Shown here: positions 39,967 through 50,019 of the stretch, piece after piece | How the letters are laid out: each line of letters begins with the position of its first letter | Position numbering within the stretch: the first letter of the stretch is position 1 | DNA from: Candidatus Velthaea sp. | GTDB lineage: Bacteria > Vulcanimicrobiota > Vulcanimicrobiia > Vulcanimicrobiales > Vulcanimicrobiaceae | Direction: 5' to 3' | NCBI GenBank assembly: GCA_050012475.1 | Contig: JBEKHC010000001.1 | Span: 122,108-186,107 of the forward strand | Length of the DNA stretch: 64,000 nt | Made by a program: the position numbers and the translations under genes | Notes under the pieces: model-generated | Told to the model about the DNA's origin: nothing | Databases searched by the model: none | Seen by the model: only the letters and a program-made list of their open reading frames with translations

Positions 39967-41055
39967 ATGGCTGCCCCGATCGCACAAGACATCTGGATCG
40001 ACGCTGCCGCCCGGCGCGCGGGATATGCCGACGGGGCGGCCTTTGCGGCGGCCCACGGACTCAAGAACTATCGCTTGGCGCAGCTCTATCGCGCGGCAAC
40101 GCGCGAGCTGGCCCCGTCGGTCGACGACGTGACCGTGTTGCCGAAGGAGCTGCGCGCCGCGCTGGTACGCGAGGGATTCACCTTCGAGAGCGTCGCGCCG
40201 ATGGTCGTCCAGCACTCGACCGACAAGCAGACGATCAAAGGGTTGTTCCGGTTGGCCGACGGCAATGAGGTCGAAGCGGTCCTCATGCAGCACCACGGCG
40301 GCCGCAATACGGTGTGCATCTCGAGCCAATCCGGCTGCGCCTATGCGTGCGCGTTCTGCGCGACGGGGCAAGCCGGGTTCACGCGTCATCTGGGCGCGGC
40401 CGAAATCTTCGATCAAGCCCGCTACTTCGCGCAGCTGCTGCACGCGCGCTCGGCCAAAATCACCAACATCGTCTTCATGGGCATGGGCGAGCCGTTTCAC
40501 AATTACGCCGCGGTGATGGATGCGGTGCGGCTGCTCAACGATCCGCTCGGATTCGGTTTGGGTCATCGCCACATCACGATTTCAACGGTCGGCATCGTGC
40601 CCCAAATCGACGCCTTCGCCGACGAGGGGATTCAAGTCAATCTCGCGATCTCGCTGCATGCGCCGACCGACGAGTTGCGCTCGTCGATCATGCCGGTCAA
40701 TCGCAAGTGGAACATCGGCGAACTCATGGCCGCCTGCCAGCGCTACATCGCGAAGACCAATCGCAAGATCTTTTTCGAGTACGTGATGCTCGACGGGGTG
40801 AACGATCGCCCCGAAGATGCGCGAGCGCTCGCGGCGCTCATGCACGGTCCGCTCCATCATGTGAACGTCATCCCGTACAACAGCACGCCCGACGCACAAC
40901 TCGGGCCGACGGGCGACGAACGGATCCGCGCCTTTGCCGCGATCCTCGAAGCCAAGGGCGTCCCCTGCACGGTGCGCACGCCGATGGGGCGCGACATCGC
41001 GGCGGCGTGCGGTCAGCTGCGCGCCGAAACGCAGCCGCGGGCGAAGGCCGTCTAA
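39967..41055 (+). CDS. rlmN: 23S rRNA/tRNA m2A methyltransferase
   Basis: CISSQSGCAYACAFCATG, FMGMGEP, ISLHA, DIAAACGQL. Confidence 0.97.
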   Translation: MAAPIAQDIWIDAAARRAGYADGAAFAAAHGLKNYRLAQLYRAATRELAPSVDDVTVLPKELRAALVREGFTFESVAPMVVQHSTDKQTIKGLFRLADGNEVEAVLMQHHGGRNTVCISSQSGCAYACAFCATGQAGFTRHLGAAEIFDQARYFAQLLHARSAKITNIVFMGMGEPFHNYAAVMDAVRLLNDPLGFGLGHRHITISTVGIVPQIDAFADEGIQVNLAISLHAPTDELRSSIMPVNRKWNIGELMAACQRYIAKTNRKIFFEYVMLDGVNDRPEDARALAALMHGPLHHVNVIPYNSTPDAQLGPTGDERIRAFAAILEAKGVPCTVRTPMGRDIAAACGQLRAETQPRAKAV

Positions 41056-41062
41056 CCGGCGC

Positions 41063-42268
41063 ATGAAGGTCGGGACCGTCGCGACGCATGTTTGCGCGTG
41101 CGTCGCGCTCCTTTATGCCTGGCGCGCCGCGCGATTCGCGCCCGGCTGGATTCGCGTTCCGCTCGTCGAGACCGTCGACGAAGCGCCGCCGGTCTCGATC
41201 GTCGTCCCGGCCCGCGATGAGGAACGCTCGATCGAGCGCTGCGTCCGTTCCCTGCTCGCGCAAACCATCCCGGATTTCGAGCTCATCGTCGTCGACGACC
41301 GCTCCACCGACGCAACGCGAGCGATTCTCGACCGGCTTGCCAACGAAGACCCGCGCTTGCGCGTGATCGCCGGCCAGCCGCTGCCGGCGGGTTGGATCGG
41401 CAAGACCTGGGCGATGCATCAGGGGGCGGCTGCGGCGCGCGGCGAGTGGCTCCTTTTCACCGATGCCGACAGCGTCCACGCTCGGGGATCGGTGACGTCG
41501 TCGCTGGCGTTTGCGCGCGCCCATCGCGGCGACGCGGTCTCGATTATCACCCATCAGGAACTCCAAACCTGGGCCGAGCGCGCAATCCTGCCGTCGATCT
41601 TGGGCCTGATCTTTTTTTCGCAAGGCAACTTCGATCAGCTCAACGACCCGGGCGAGACCCAGCGCGCGCTGGCGAACGGACAATACGTGTTCGTTTCGCG
41701 GCGCGCGTACGACGGTTTGGGCGGTCACGCGGCGTTGCGGGGAGAGATCGTCGAAGACATCGAGCTGGCGCGCCGATTCAAGCGCGACGGGCGTTTCCGC
41801 CTGCTCATGGCCGGCGGCGAGCAACTCGCAAGCGTGCGCATGTACCATTCGTTCGTCGAGATCTGGAACGGCTTCAGCAAGAACATCTACTACGCACCGC
41901 GCGGGAACCTGTTGGCGCTCGGCGGCGGGGTGGTGTTCATCGCCACCATTTCGTTCCTGCCGCCGCTGCTTGCGCTCAACGCGGCGGTAAGGCGGCGGCC
42001 CCTCGAAGCGCTCGAAGCGCTGATGACGAGCGCAGCGCTCATCGCAACCGGCGGCTGGGCGATGGCCAGCGCGGGGCTGGACCGCCGGCTCGGTTGGTTT
42101 CAGCCGGTCGGAACCGCGGTACTTGCCGCCATAACGGTCAATTCGACGTTCGCCGTGCTGAGCGGCCGGGGCGTCGAGTGGCGCGGGCGCCGGTATGGCG
42201 GGAGGGTGCTCGATGCCGGAGACGGCGACGCAAGTCGAACTCAGCGAAGCGGAGATCCGCGAAGCTGA
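41063..42268 (+). CDS. GT2 membrane glycosyltransferase (CrtQ/HpnB-like)
   Basis: VPARDEE, DDRSTD, GWIGKTWAM, FTDAD, EIVEDIELA, VEWRGR. Confidence 0.85.
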   Translation: MKVGTVATHVCACVALLYAWRAARFAPGWIRVPLVETVDEAPPVSIVVPARDEERSIERCVRSLLAQTIPDFELIVVDDRSTDATRAILDRLANEDPRLRVIAGQPLPAGWIGKTWAMHQGAAAARGEWLLFTDADSVHARGSVTSSLAFARAHRGDAVSIITHQELQTWAERAILPSILGLIFFSQGNFDQLNDPGETQRALANGQYVFVSRRAYDGLGGHAALRGEIVEDIELARRFKRDGRFRLLMAGGEQLASVRMYHSFVEIWNGFSKNIYYAPRGNLLALGGGVVFIATISFLPPLLALNAAVRRRPLEALEALMTSAALIATGGWAMASAGLDRRLGWFQPVGTAVLAAITVNSTFAVLSGRGVEWRGRRYGGRVLDAGDGDASRTQRSGDPRS

Positions 42269-43064
42269 AGAACGCGCCCTGCCGCGGGCCGCGGTCGTCT
42301 TCGAGACGATCCGGCGCGAAGGCGAAGGCGAACTCAACCGAACGATCTCCGCGCTCACGTTCTCGGCGATCTCGGCCGGATTGTCGATGGGCTTCTCGCT
42401 CTTCACGCTGGGCGTGCTGCAAGCACATTTACCCGACACACCGTGGCGCCCGCTCGTCGCGAGCTTCGGCTATACCGTCGGATTTCTCATCGCGATCTTG
42501 GGCCGTCAGCAGTTGTTCACCGAGAACACCTTGACGCCGGTCCTGGTCTTGCTGCACCGGTTCGATGCCAAGACGTTTTTTAGCGTCGTGCGCCTGTGGG
42601 CGATCGTGATTGCCGGAAATCTGATCGGGGCGTTTGCGTTCGCGTCGCTCCTCGCGCACGTCCCGGTCTTCAACCCCGAACTGCAACGCACGTTCGGAGC
42701 GGTTGCCGGGCACGCCACCGAGGGCGAAGCATGGTCCAATTTCGTGCGTGCGATCTACGCGGGCTGGCTCATTGCGCTCATGGTTTGGCTGCTGCCGGCC
42801 GCGGAGTCCGCGGCGATGTTCATCATCCTTTTGCTTACGTACATCGTCGCGGCCGCCGAACTCACGCACGTCGTCGCCGGATCCGTTGAAGCGTTCTACG
42901 CCGCCGAAGTCGGCAAGCTGAGCTGGAGCCATGCGATCCTGCACTATCTCGTGCCGGTCTTTGCCGGCAATTCCGTGGGCGGGGTAACGTTCGTCGCGCT
43001 GCTCAACTTCGGCCAAGTCGCCGGCGATGCCGGCCCGGCCGAGCGAAGGAAGAAGGCGGCTTAG
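42213..43064 (+). CDS. Formate/nitrite transporter family (YfdC-like)
   Basis: REGEGELNR, AGLSMGFS, QQLFTENTLT, HVVAGS, GNSVGG. Confidence 0.9.
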   Translation: MPETATQVELSEAEIREAEERALPRAAVVFETIRREGEGELNRTISALTFSAISAGLSMGFSLFTLGVLQAHLPDTPWRPLVASFGYTVGFLIAILGRQQLFTENTLTPVLVLLHRFDAKTFFSVVRLWAIVIAGNLIGAFAFASLLAHVPVFNPELQRTFGAVAGHATEGEAWSNFVRAIYAGWLIALMVWLLPAAESAAMFIILLLTYIVAAAELTHVVAGSVEAFYAAEVGKLSWSHAILHYLVPVFAGNSVGGVTFVALLNFGQVAGDAGPAERRKKAA

Positions 43065-43382
43065 CTCTCGTATCTACGAATTGTTTTCGACATCGGGCGC
43101 ATTTCGTCGCCGCAGGCGAAGTGTGGGTCGACTGCCGCGATCTTCAACTTCCGCGGCGCCGAGGGCAGCATTTCACGCGGTCCGCCGGTGCAAACGTCTA
43201 GCCGATCGGGCGACGAGAGAAGAAGCAAAGACAAACGACTTGGAAAAATAGCTTGCTTGCTCGGTGCAACGGCCGAACCTGTTGATTATAGTAGGTTCAC
43301 CTCGCGAGCGAATTCCTCGACCGTTGTCAGCGCCCCTAGGGGTGAGAGCGAAATGCCGGGGTCATGGCTTGGCTTGGGATGA

Positions 43383-43423
43383 GAAAAGCGGTTCGCAAGA
43401 CGTCGAACCGCTTTTCGTTTTTT
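43383..43423 (+). terminator. Rho-independent terminator
   Basis: 13-bp perfect stem GAAAAGCGGTTCG/CGAACCGCTTTTC followed by GTTTTTT. Confidence 0.8.
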
Positions 43424-43627
43424 GGCCGAGAGCGACTGAGATCGATAACATCTGTCATGCGTGCTGATAGTTCAGAAAATCGCCGAGCTAAGTCGGGTGT
43501 AAGTAGACTTCGGCCGGGCCTTCAATACATTGTGACTCCGGGCGTGGCCCGTGCTCGCGGCGAATCAAGCGGAGCAGAGTAGATCCGCGAGCGGTTGTCG
43601 TGCGCCGCGGACGATGCCCGCTGGGAG

Positions 43628-44341
43628 GTGATCGCGATCGTGGAAGCCTCCGTGCACTCGCAACCTGCCACGAACGTTTTGGCGGGCACGCGAGAACCGC
43701 TGTTGGTCTATCTTCACGGTCTGGGTGAGATTGGCGGCCAGCGCGTGGAACAGGTCGAAAAACACGGCCCCTGGGAGCACGTCCGGTCGCTTAAAGATGG
43801 CTATCACGCCGAGACGCGTGCCGAGATCGCGCGCTTCCACGTTCTCGGTTTTCATCTTGAGCGCGGTGACTGGGATGGCGCGCAGTTGAACGACTGCCTT
43901 CAGGCGTACATCGCCGACCACCAGGAAATCGATTCGGACCGAATCTATCTCACCGGCGTGAGCCTGGGAGGTCGCGGAGTTTTACGGCTGACGCTTACGA
44001 GTCTGCGCATCTCTGCCCTCGCCGTTTTCTGCCCAGCCGGAGGGGATGTAGAGTATTCCGACACCGACATCGAGCGGTTCCGGTTAGTTCCAATCTATTT
44101 CTTCGGCTGCCCGATGGACACGACCGTGCCGTTCCGAGGAACGCAAGCCCTGCAACAGAGGATCGGAGCGCGTTCTTCTCGATTGCGCGTGGTTACGGTT
44201 GACGAGCTGGCTTTTGGGAGCTCTCCGCATATCTGCTGGTCTCATGTCTACGGACATCCGGATCTGTATCGCTGGCTGCGGAATCCTCCTCTCGACCCGA
44301 GGAGTTGGCCTGAGATAGCGCCTTTACCGTATGCCACATGA
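43628..44341 (+). CDS. Alpha/beta hydrolase (COG4099-like), possibly N-truncated
   Basis: PLLVYLHGLGE, DRIYLTGVSLGG, DTTVP, HICW; start uncertain. Confidence 0.75.
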   Translation: MIAIVEASVHSQPATNVLAGTREPLLVYLHGLGEIGGQRVEQVEKHGPWEHVRSLKDGYHAETRAEIARFHVLGFHLERGDWDGAQLNDCLQAYIADHQEIDSDRIYLTGVSLGGRGVLRLTLTSLRISALAVFCPAGGDVEYSDTDIERFRLVPIYFFGCPMDTTVPFRGTQALQQRIGARSSRLRVVTVDELAFGSSPHICWSHVYGHPDLYRWLRNPPLDPRSWPEIAPLPYAT

Positions 44342-44370
44342 CGCGGGCGTTGTCAGATTGCCGGTAAAAT

Positions 44371-44481
44371 CGCGTCGTCCTTAATCAGCAGACGGACGCG
44401 GGCGTGGCGGGCAAGCTGCAGATAGAGTTCTCGAATTGCATGCACTGCAAAACGTGCGACATCATGGACCCAAGGGCTTAG
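44371..44481 (+). pseudogene. Remnant of ETF-ubiquinone oxidoreductase/FixX 4Fe-4S domain
   Basis: GKLQIEFSNCMHCKTCDIMDP resembles ETF-QO motif LQINxxNCVHCKTCDIxDP; bounded by stops. Confidence 0.7.
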
Positions 44482-46274
44482 CTCGTCGCCCCGCCAGCCG
44501 GTCCAGTGACCGTGGGTACCTCATGGCCACGGTACGTCGCCTCGATGATCGCCGCGAACTTCCGTTCGACAACGCGGCGCTTGACTTTCAAAGTCGGGGA
44601 AAGCTCGCCATCTTGAATGGTCAGGTCACGCGGCAGGACCGCAACCCGCCGGATTTGCTCGAACCGTCCAAGGTCCGCGGTATTTTCCGCGACTTGACGA
44701 CGGATGAAGTCCCGCACGTCGGAACGCTCGGCGAGCGTCGCCGATGTCAGCTCGCTTGGCAGCCCCAACGTTCGCCGGAGGAGATCCCACGACGGTGCGA
44801 TGAGCGCAATCGGATACGGACGGCCATTACCCACCACGAAACATTGCCCGATGTACGCCGAGCGCTTGAGCGCTGCTTCGATCCGGCCCGGCGCAACGGT
44901 CTCTCCGGTTGAGACCTTGATCAGCTCTTTCTTGCGGTCCGTAATGAAAAGGTAGCCGTCCGCGTCGAGTCGTCCGATGTCACCGGTTTGCAACCACCTG
45001 TCTTCGGTGAACGGCTGCTCCTTGAGATGATAGTAACCTTTCATCACGTTGGGACCCTTGACGAGGATCTCGCCGTCGTCGGCAATGCGAACGGCAACGC
45101 CGGGGATCGGCTTGCCGACGCTGCCGTAGCGAATGGCATCGACGGTGTTGAAGGTCACGACTGGAGAGGTCTCGGTGAGACCGTAGCCCTCGCAGACGGC
45201 GATCCCCATTCCGGCGAAGGTGAGCGCGACATCGCGGTGGAGTGGCGCGCTTCCGCTGGCGAAGAACCTGAGCCGATCGAGTCCCAGGGCCGGCGGGATC
45301 TTGGAAAGTACAAGCTGGCGTGCGAGCGTGTACCGGATGCGCAGGCACGCCGAGGCTTTACATTGCGGCGCCTGAGTTGACGCGAACTCGCGGCTGACCG
45401 CGAGCGCCCAGGGAACGAGCCGTGCTTGCAAACCGTGCGCGCCTCTGGCGCGCGCGATCGTGGCCGTCAGCATGTGCTGGAGGATTCGCGGTACGATCCC
45501 CACGACGTGCGGACGAACGGCTTTAAGATCCTCGAGCAGATGCTCGGGTCGCGTGATGAAGATCTCGCAGGCCGCAAAGATGAACGCCAGCACGTTGCCG
45601 TGCTCGTAGATGTGCGCAAAGGGGAGGACCATCAGTGCCCGGTCACCCTTCTCGATGTTCGCCAGCGCCGTTCGGGCCGACGCTGTCGCGTTCCAGACGA
45701 GATTGGCGTGAGTGAGCATGACGCCTTTTGGAACTCCGGTCGTCCCGGAGGTGTAGATAAGTATGGCGACGTCATCCGGCCTCAGCATGTTCATGAAGGA
45801 CGCCGGTTGCGAAGGGTGCGCCAATGCCGTTGCCGCGCCGGCCGACTCCAACACAGCGAACGAGTGCGGACCGTTGCCATCGAAGTGGACCAGACGCGGT
45901 GCGTGCGGGCATGCCGTCCTAATGCGCTCGGCGTCTTGCAGCGTTTCGACGAAGCAAAGCTTCGGTTCGCAATCCTTAAAGATGTACTCTACTTGATCGA
46001 GGGCGAGGGTTGCAAAGATCGGTACGACGATGCAGCCCGCGAATAGCGCACCGAAGTCGGCGACGAGCCAGTCGACGCGATTGTTCGAGATGAGCGCGAC
46101 CCGGTCGCCCGTTTCCAGTCCGGAGTCGCGGAGCGCGCAAGCAATTGCTGCCGCGCGCCGGTACATCTGCGTCGTGGAGATAAAGCGCCAATCATTCGTG
46201 CCGAGACGTTCGGCAATGGCGTGCTCGCGCGGCTCGCGCAGCGCCTCGATGAGGAAGTCCGGAAGCGTCTGCAT
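44478..46274 (-). CDS. Long-chain fatty acid-CoA ligase
   Basis: YTSGTTGVPKGV, EGYGLTET, TGDIG, ITDRKKELI, PTLKVKR. Confidence 0.93.
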   Translation of the reverse strand: MQTLPDFLIEALREPREHAIAERLGTNDWRFISTTQMYRRAAAIACALRDSGLETGDRVALISNNRVDWLVADFGALFAGCIVVPIFATLALDQVEYIFKDCEPKLCFVETLQDAERIRTACPHAPRLVHFDGNGPHSFAVLESAGAATALAHPSQPASFMNMLRPDDVAILIYTSGTTGVPKGVMLTHANLVWNATASARTALANIEKGDRALMVLPFAHIYEHGNVLAFIFAACEIFITRPEHLLEDLKAVRPHVVGIVPRILQHMLTATIARARGAHGLQARLVPWALAVSREFASTQAPQCKASACLRIRYTLARQLVLSKIPPALGLDRLRFFASGSAPLHRDVALTFAGMGIAVCEGYGLTETSPVVTFNTVDAIRYGSVGKPIPGVAVRIADDGEILVKGPNVMKGYYHLKEQPFTEDRWLQTGDIGRLDADGYLFITDRKKELIKVSTGETVAPGRIEAALKRSAYIGQCFVVGNGRPYPIALIAPSWDLLRRTLGLPSELTSATLAERSDVRDFIRRQVAENTADLGRFEQIRRVAVLPRDLTIQDGELSPTLKVKRRVVERKFAAIIEATYRGHEVPTVTGPAGGATS

Positions 46275-46624
46275 CAGCCGTCGTTATGTCCTTCTGGCGT
46301 CTAAGACGCCGCGACACCTGTCCACGGGATTGGACAGCGGGCACGCCCATCTTCTATACAAACCCCCGGGTTAAACGCGGCGTCCGCGTGATCGGGCGCG
46401 GCTTGGGTCGTTGATCTCATCGCATGCCGGACCATCGACTGGGTCTCGCAATCGGCGATCCCCATCGTCACGCGGATCCCCGCTTGGGCAAACGTCAAGC
46501 GCGGCTCGTCTAGCGCCGCGTCGGCGTAAGCTTTGCGCCAAGTGGTTTCAAGCGGATCGATCTGCTCGGGCGACATGTCCCACGTGCGCTGCTTATTCTG
46601 CTGCGATTCCACCGGCTCACGGAC

Positions 46625-46894
46625 CGCGTAGTCGTCCAGCGTTAATTTGTTCCGCTCGGGCTGGGCAAACGCGACGAGGTTCGCGTACGACGTGACCGTC
46701 TCGATGGTGCCGAACATTTCGAAGGCGTGCGTGTGCCGGCTCATGCCGACGACCGCGCTGCGCTGCTGCACGAGCGAGTCGACCATCTGCAGTTCGCCGT
46801 AACGCGTCGCGCCTTGCTCGCGATATTCGGTGTGGCGATGGGTGTGTTGAATCGCGCCATGTTCGCGCGTGTCGATCGGAACGACCTTGCCGTC
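46625..46894 (-). pseudogene. Fragment resembling TraA-type relaxase-helicase C-terminal region
   Basis: DGKVVPIDT..IQH..T..QGAT..SAVVGMSRH..ERNK..DDYA aligns by eye with RecD-like helicase motifs V/VI of TraA. Confidence 0.5.
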
Positions 46895-47199
46895 TGATGG
46901 GTCCCCTGACTCGGCGCGAGCAAGTTGCGCTTGCCGATTTGCTTCGAAAGCTTGTCGTGCACAACCTGTGATTGGCGCCGACATCGACGGCAGGGCTGGC
47001 TGCCGCGGTAATCGTCGGCGTCAAAGCTCGGCGTAAGCGAATTCGACGAGCGGCCCGACTCGGGTCCGGCGGCACCTATTTGTCCGGTTCGGTCACGACC
47101 GAACGTCGTAGGGTCGTGGGACCGGCCGCGGACGCCATGCAAGGGAGGACGAAAGGTCGCGATGCCCGCACAACACGAACGTTTTGGAAAGGCAACAGC

Positions 47200-47535
47200 A
47201 TGAGCGAGTACCTCTACATTTATCGCGGCGGCGAGTCGGAACGTTCTCCTGAAGAGGCCGAAAAACAGATGCAGCTCTGGACGGCGTGGCTCTCGGATTT
47301 AGGCCAGAAGGGGCACATTAAGGATCCCGGCCAGCCGCTCGAGCACACGGGAAAAGTCGTGACGGGCAAAGCGAAGATGCTAACCGATGGTCCGTATGCG
47401 GAAGCGAAGGACCTCGTGGGGGGCTACACGATCGTTGAGGCCAAGGACCTCGGGGAAGCGACCGAGCTTTCGAGCGGCTGCCCGATTCTCACGGTCGGTG
47501 GCTCGGTCGAGATCCGCCCCGTCATGAAGATGTAA
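47200..47535 (+). CDS. YciI/DGPF-domain protein
   Basis: TDGPYAEAKDLVGGY, GSVEIRP. Confidence 0.9.
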   Translation: MSEYLYIYRGGESERSPEEAEKQMQLWTAWLSDLGQKGHIKDPGQPLEHTGKVVTGKAKMLTDGPYAEAKDLVGGYTIVEAKDLGEATELSSGCPILTVGGSVEIRPVMKM

Positions 47536-48789
47536 ATGGAGCCAAGCGATCATCTCTACCGCCGCGAAGCGGGCCGTATGGTCGCGACGCTCACGCGGAT
47601 CTTCGGCGTGCATAACGTCGCGCTGGCGGAAGACGTCGTGCAAGACGCCTTCTGCCGCGCGCTCGAGGTCTGGAAGTTTCGCGGTGTTCCAGAGAATCCG
47701 TCCGCATGGCTGATGGCGTCGGCGAAGAATCGAGCCCTGGACGTTATCCGGCGCGAGCGCACCGCGCTCCGCTACGCGCCGGAGCTGGGGCGGCTGCTCG
47801 AATCGGAGTGGACGCTCTCGTCCACGCTCGAAGCCGCGTTCGAGCCGCACGCGATCCAGGACGATCAACTGCGCATGATGTTCTCGTGTTGTCATCCGGC
47901 GCTGCCGGGGAACGCTCAAATCGCGCTCGTACTTCAGGTGCAATGCGGGTTCAGCGCGCGCGAGATTGCGGCGGCATTCCTGATCGGGCTGGCTGCCGCC
48001 GAGAAGCGGCTCGCGCGCGCGAAGAAAGTGCTCGCGGCTTCTGAGCGGCTGTTCGAGATCGTCGACGCGGGTGACTTCGTCCTGCGGCTGGATGCGGTGC
48101 AGCGGGCGTTATACCTCCTCTTCAATGAAGGCTATCACGGAGCGTCACCGGAGACCGCGGTGCGCGCCGAGCTGTGCCTTGAGGCGATGCGCCTGTGCCG
48201 GCTGCTACTCGAGCACCAGCTGGCAGCTACGCCCGCCACACGCGCCCTCTACGCTCTGATGTGTTTCAATGCGGCGCGGCTGACAACGCGTGTCGATGCG
48301 TCGGGCAATCTCGTCCCGCTGGCCGAACAGGATCGCTCGCGCTGGGACCGCCGGCTGATCCTGGAGGGCAAGCGGAACCTGGAGGCCGCAGCGACCGGCG
48401 ACAAGGTCAGCGAATATCACTTTGAGGCGGCGATAGCCGCGATGCACACCCGCGCCCCAAGTGCCGGTGAAACGGACTGGGCGAGCGTCGTCGCACTGTA
48501 CGATGCGCTCCTTCGTTTGCGCCCGTCGCCCGTTATCGAACTGAACCGCGCGATTGCCATCGCGCAGATCGAGGGACCGGAGCGGGGGCTCGATGCGCTG
48601 CGCGCGATCGGCGACGCGCAGAAGCTTGCGGCCTACCCATTCTATCCGGCGGCGCTCGGCGAATTCGAACTCCGCTGCGGTCGGCCAGCCAATGCGCGCG
48701 AACACTTCCGCGCAGCGGTCGCGCTGGCGCGCAATTCCTCCGAGCGTCGCTTCCTCGAGCGTCGCGCTTCAGCGTGCGCTAGTGCGTAA
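47536..48789 (+). CDS. ECF sigma factor with TPR extension (ECF42-like)
   Basis: AEDVVQDAF, LRMMFSCCHPAL, LYLLFNEGY, EQDRSRWD; preceded by a DGPF gene. Confidence 0.9.
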   Translation: MEPSDHLYRREAGRMVATLTRIFGVHNVALAEDVVQDAFCRALEVWKFRGVPENPSAWLMASAKNRALDVIRRERTALRYAPELGRLLESEWTLSSTLEAAFEPHAIQDDQLRMMFSCCHPALPGNAQIALVLQVQCGFSAREIAAAFLIGLAAAEKRLARAKKVLAASERLFEIVDAGDFVLRLDAVQRALYLLFNEGYHGASPETAVRAELCLEAMRLCRLLLEHQLAATPATRALYALMCFNAARLTTRVDASGNLVPLAEQDRSRWDRRLILEGKRNLEAAATGDKVSEYHFEAAIAAMHTRAPSAGETDWASVVALYDALLRLRPSPVIELNRAIAIAQIEGPERGLDALRAIGDAQKLAAYPFYPAALGEFELRCGRPANAREHFRAAVALARNSSERRFLERRASACASA

Positions 48790-48867
48790 AACGTTCTTCG
48801 CCTTTTCTATTCGGACGATCGTTAAAGACGCGCGGTGCCCGGACTTGCACGTCTTGAGCTTACCGTC

Positions 48868-49347
48868 GTGACTTTACGACAAGACGCCGGCTCTGAGGCC
48901 ATTGCGCTCATTGCCACAATGATCACGCCGGGTCTGCTGATTCTCGGCTCCGCATCGCTAGTGGCATCAGCGCTGGTGCGGATGGCGCGCGTCGTCGACC
49001 GAGCGCGAGTGCTCGCGGCCATCGCATCCGAAGGCTCTTGGGAGAAGTTCGGGATGACGCCCAAGACTCTCGGCGCCTGGCTCGATCGCCACGCGGTTCG
49101 CGCGCGCTACGTCGAACGGTCGATCGCGCTCTTATACGCGGCAGTTGTCGTCTTCGTCGCGACCTGCTTGGCGATCGCGGTCGACCGCGCCACCGGCAAC
49201 GCACTGGCGTGGCTGCCGATCTCGCTGGCGCTCGCCGGCACGCTGCTATTGCTCGCCGGCGGTGGGTGGCTGGTCCTTGAATCGCGCCTCTCCGGCGAGC
49301 AGATTCAGGAAGAGATCCGGCTCGCGCGCACCCGACTGGAGGAATAG
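48868..49347 (+). CDS. DUF2721-like membrane protein
   Basis: AMITPG-like MITPGLLILGSASL, RMARVVDRAR, three TMs. Confidence 0.7.
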   Translation: MTLRQDAGSEAIALIATMITPGLLILGSASLVASALVRMARVVDRARVLAAIASEGSWEKFGMTPKTLGAWLDRHAVRARYVERSIALLYAAVVVFVATCLAIAVDRATGNALAWLPISLALAGTLLLLAGGGWLVLESRLSGEQIQEEIRLARTRLEE

Positions 49348-49352
49348 TCTCG

Positions 49353-49925
49353 ATGAGCTACGCGCCGATCAATCCGAAGAATGCGGTAATCCTGTTTGCC
49401 GACCTACAAGCGGGAATTATCGAACTCACCGCGACGAACGACCTGGCGCGCCTGCGTCGGGCCGTATCGGCGCTCGCAAAACTCGCGAGTCTATTCAGCA
49501 TCCCGGCGATCGTCACGACCGCTCCGGCCGAAGGCGGAGCCCGCGTGACGCCGGAGATCGCCGCGGCGCTTGGCGAGCTCCCCGCGCACCTGCGTACGAC
49601 GACCGATGCGTTCGCGCACGCTTCAACCCGTGAAGCGATCGCGCAGACCGAGCGCAAGACGCTGCTAGTCGCAGGCGTTGCGACCGAGATCATCGTTCAA
49701 CATTCGGCGCTTTCCGCTGCCGCGCAAGGGTTTGAGGTGCAGGTCGTGATCGACGCCTGCGGCGGCCTGTCGCCGCGCACCGAAGACGCTGCTCTGCGCC
49801 GACTAACCCAAGCCGGAATCATCACGACCTCGATCGCTTCCATCGCCGGGCAGCTTGCGGGCGATTTCACCCAACCGCAGGGAGGTCAGGCGCTGGGTAT
49901 TCTCTACGAGATGGCATCTGGTTGA
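49353..49925 (+). CDS. Isochorismatase-family (YcaC-like) protein lacking the catalytic Cys
   Basis: FADLQ, RKTLLVAGVATEIIV, VVIDACGG. Confidence 0.82.
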   Translation: MSYAPINPKNAVILFADLQAGIIELTATNDLARLRRAVSALAKLASLFSIPAIVTTAPAEGGARVTPEIAAALGELPAHLRTTTDAFAHASTREAIAQTERKTLLVAGVATEIIVQHSALSAAAQGFEVQVVIDACGGLSPRTEDAALRRLTQAGIITTSIASIAGQLAGDFTQPQGGQALGILYEMASG

Positions 49926-50019
49926 TCGATTAACGTGACACGGATCGACAAGCTTGGTCAAGGCTGCGGTTTCCGTCCCTCTTTTCCACGGTTTGCCGGG
50001 CTCTTGCGGAGGCGCTAGT

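Noticed and set aside
43065..43263. tRNA or att site at the island boundary
   Set aside because: No tRNA fold, integrase or flanking direct repeat found by eye
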